Part shown: piece after piece, positions 62,725 through 64,000 of the stretch | How positions within the stretch are numbered: position 1 is the first letter of the stretch | Layout: each line of letters starts with the position of its first letter | Source of the DNA: Carcharhinus amblyrhynchos | Taxonomy: Eukaryota | Direction: 5' to 3' | Assembly (NCBI GenBank): GCA_965287045.1 | Contig: OZ336894.1 | Span: forward strand, 8,122,001 to 8,186,000 | Length of the DNA stretch: 64,000 nt | The notes under the pieces: generated by a model | The model's input: only the letters and a program-made list of their open reading frames with translations | The model's database searches: none | What the model was told of the DNA's origin: nothing | Translations under genes and position numbers: made by a program

Positions 62725-63878
62725 ATAAGAACATAAGAAATAGGAGCAGGAGTAGGCCTTCGAGCCTGCCCCGCCATTCAATAAGATCATGGCTGATCTG
62801 TCGTGGCTCAGTTCCACATTCCCGCCCTCTCCCCATAACCCTTAATCCCCTCTCTTATCAAAAACCCATCAACGCGTGTCTTAAAAATATTTAGCGAGGT
62901 AGCCTCCACCACTTCAACGGGCAGAGAATTCCAGAGATTCACCACCCTTTGAGTGAAGAAGTTCTTCCTCAACTCCGTTCTAAACCGCCCCCCCTTTATC
63001 TTGAGGCTGTGCCCCCTAGTCCTACTGTCCTTTCTGAGCGGGAAGAGTCTCTCCACCTCTATCCTATCCATCCCATTCATCATCTTATATGTCTCAATGA
63101 GATCTCCCCTCATTCTTCTAAACTCTAACGAGTACAAGCCTAGTTTACTCAGCCTCTCCTCATAGCTCAACCCCCTCAACTCTGGCATCAGCCTAGTAAA
63201 CCTCCTCTGCACTCCCTCCAAGGCCAAAATATCCTTGCGTAAGTACGGCGCCCAAAACTGCACACAGTACTCCAGCTGCGGCCTCACCAATGCCCTATAT
63301 AGCTGCAGCAAGACCTTCCTACTTTTATATTCAATCCCCCTCGCTATGAAGGCCAGCATCCCATTCGCCTTCCTGACCACCTGCTGCACCTGCAAGCTGG
63401 GTTTTTGCGACTCATGCACAAGGACCCCGAGGTCCCTCTGCACCGTCGCCTGCTGCAGTTTTTCGCCACGTAAGTAATAATCCTTCCTACCATTATTCCT
63501 ACCAAAGTGGACCACCTCGCACTTGCCAACATTAAATTCCATTTGCCAGTTCCTGGCCCATTCGCCCAGCCTATCTAGATCCTTCTGCAGACTCTCCTCA
63601 CCCTCCGCGCAATTTGCTGTTCCACCAATCTTGGTGTCATCAGCAAATTTCGACACCATACACTCGGTTCCCTCCTCCAGATCATCTATATAAATGGTAA
63701 ATAGCTGAGGCCCCAGCACCGACCCCTGGGGCACTCCACTAGTCACCAACCGCCAATCCGAATAGCACCCATTGACCCCCACTCTCTGCCTCCTATTTGA
63801 CAACCAGTCCTCTATCCACGCTAACACCCTACCCCCAACTCCATGCCCCCTGACCTTCTGCAATAACCTGTTGTGAGG
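62725..63878 (-). mobile_element. Young 5'-truncated CR1/HER1-type LINE with an uninterrupted 351-codon ORF2 C-terminus
   Basis: ORF 62808-63863: SGVPQGSVLGPQLF, SKFADDTK, LYRALVRPQLEYCVQFW, FFTQRVVNLWNSLP; CpGs retained; (TTCTTATG)n tail. Confidence 0.96.
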
Positions 63879-64000
63879 TTTGTGTTCCTCAGCAACTTGA
63901 ACGGAATCTTATGAAGTAACTTTCTTTCTATTGATTACCTAGTTGATTATAATAAATCAAATGAAAAAAATCATTAACGAACAATTTAAAAATAAAAATT

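Overview
Vertebrate genomic DNA, almost certainly from a shark or other elasmobranch, judged by the repeat set: HE1/V-SINEs, HER1/CR1 LINEs, DeuSINEs, Rex1/Babar and Penelope. The window lies entirely inside one + strand gene, CAMSAP1 (microtubule minus-end regulator). Exon 1 lies upstream of the window and the CKK-domain exons lie downstream. Eleven coding exons are visible with canonical AG/GT boundaries and mutually consistent phases: exons 2-11 by my recollection of mammalian numbering, plus a 33-nt alternative microexon. The introns are a mosaic of nested, mostly decayed transposable elements, which explain nearly all other ORFs in the track. I found no clearly new multi-gene system. The items most worth a second look are: a Penelope-like retroelement with a recognisable minimal hammerhead ribozyme, plus two palindromic derivatives; a 425-nt exon 2+3 module matching the size of mammalian circCAMSAP1; a microexon flanked by QKI/RBFOX/SRRM-type motifs; tandem alternative donors in exon 8; V-SINEs with two swappable LINE tails; a fragmented Brinker-type pogo transposon; and a motif-dense candidate enhancer in intron 3. 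Repeat boundaries are approximate, and family names come from recognition by eye, not from a database search.
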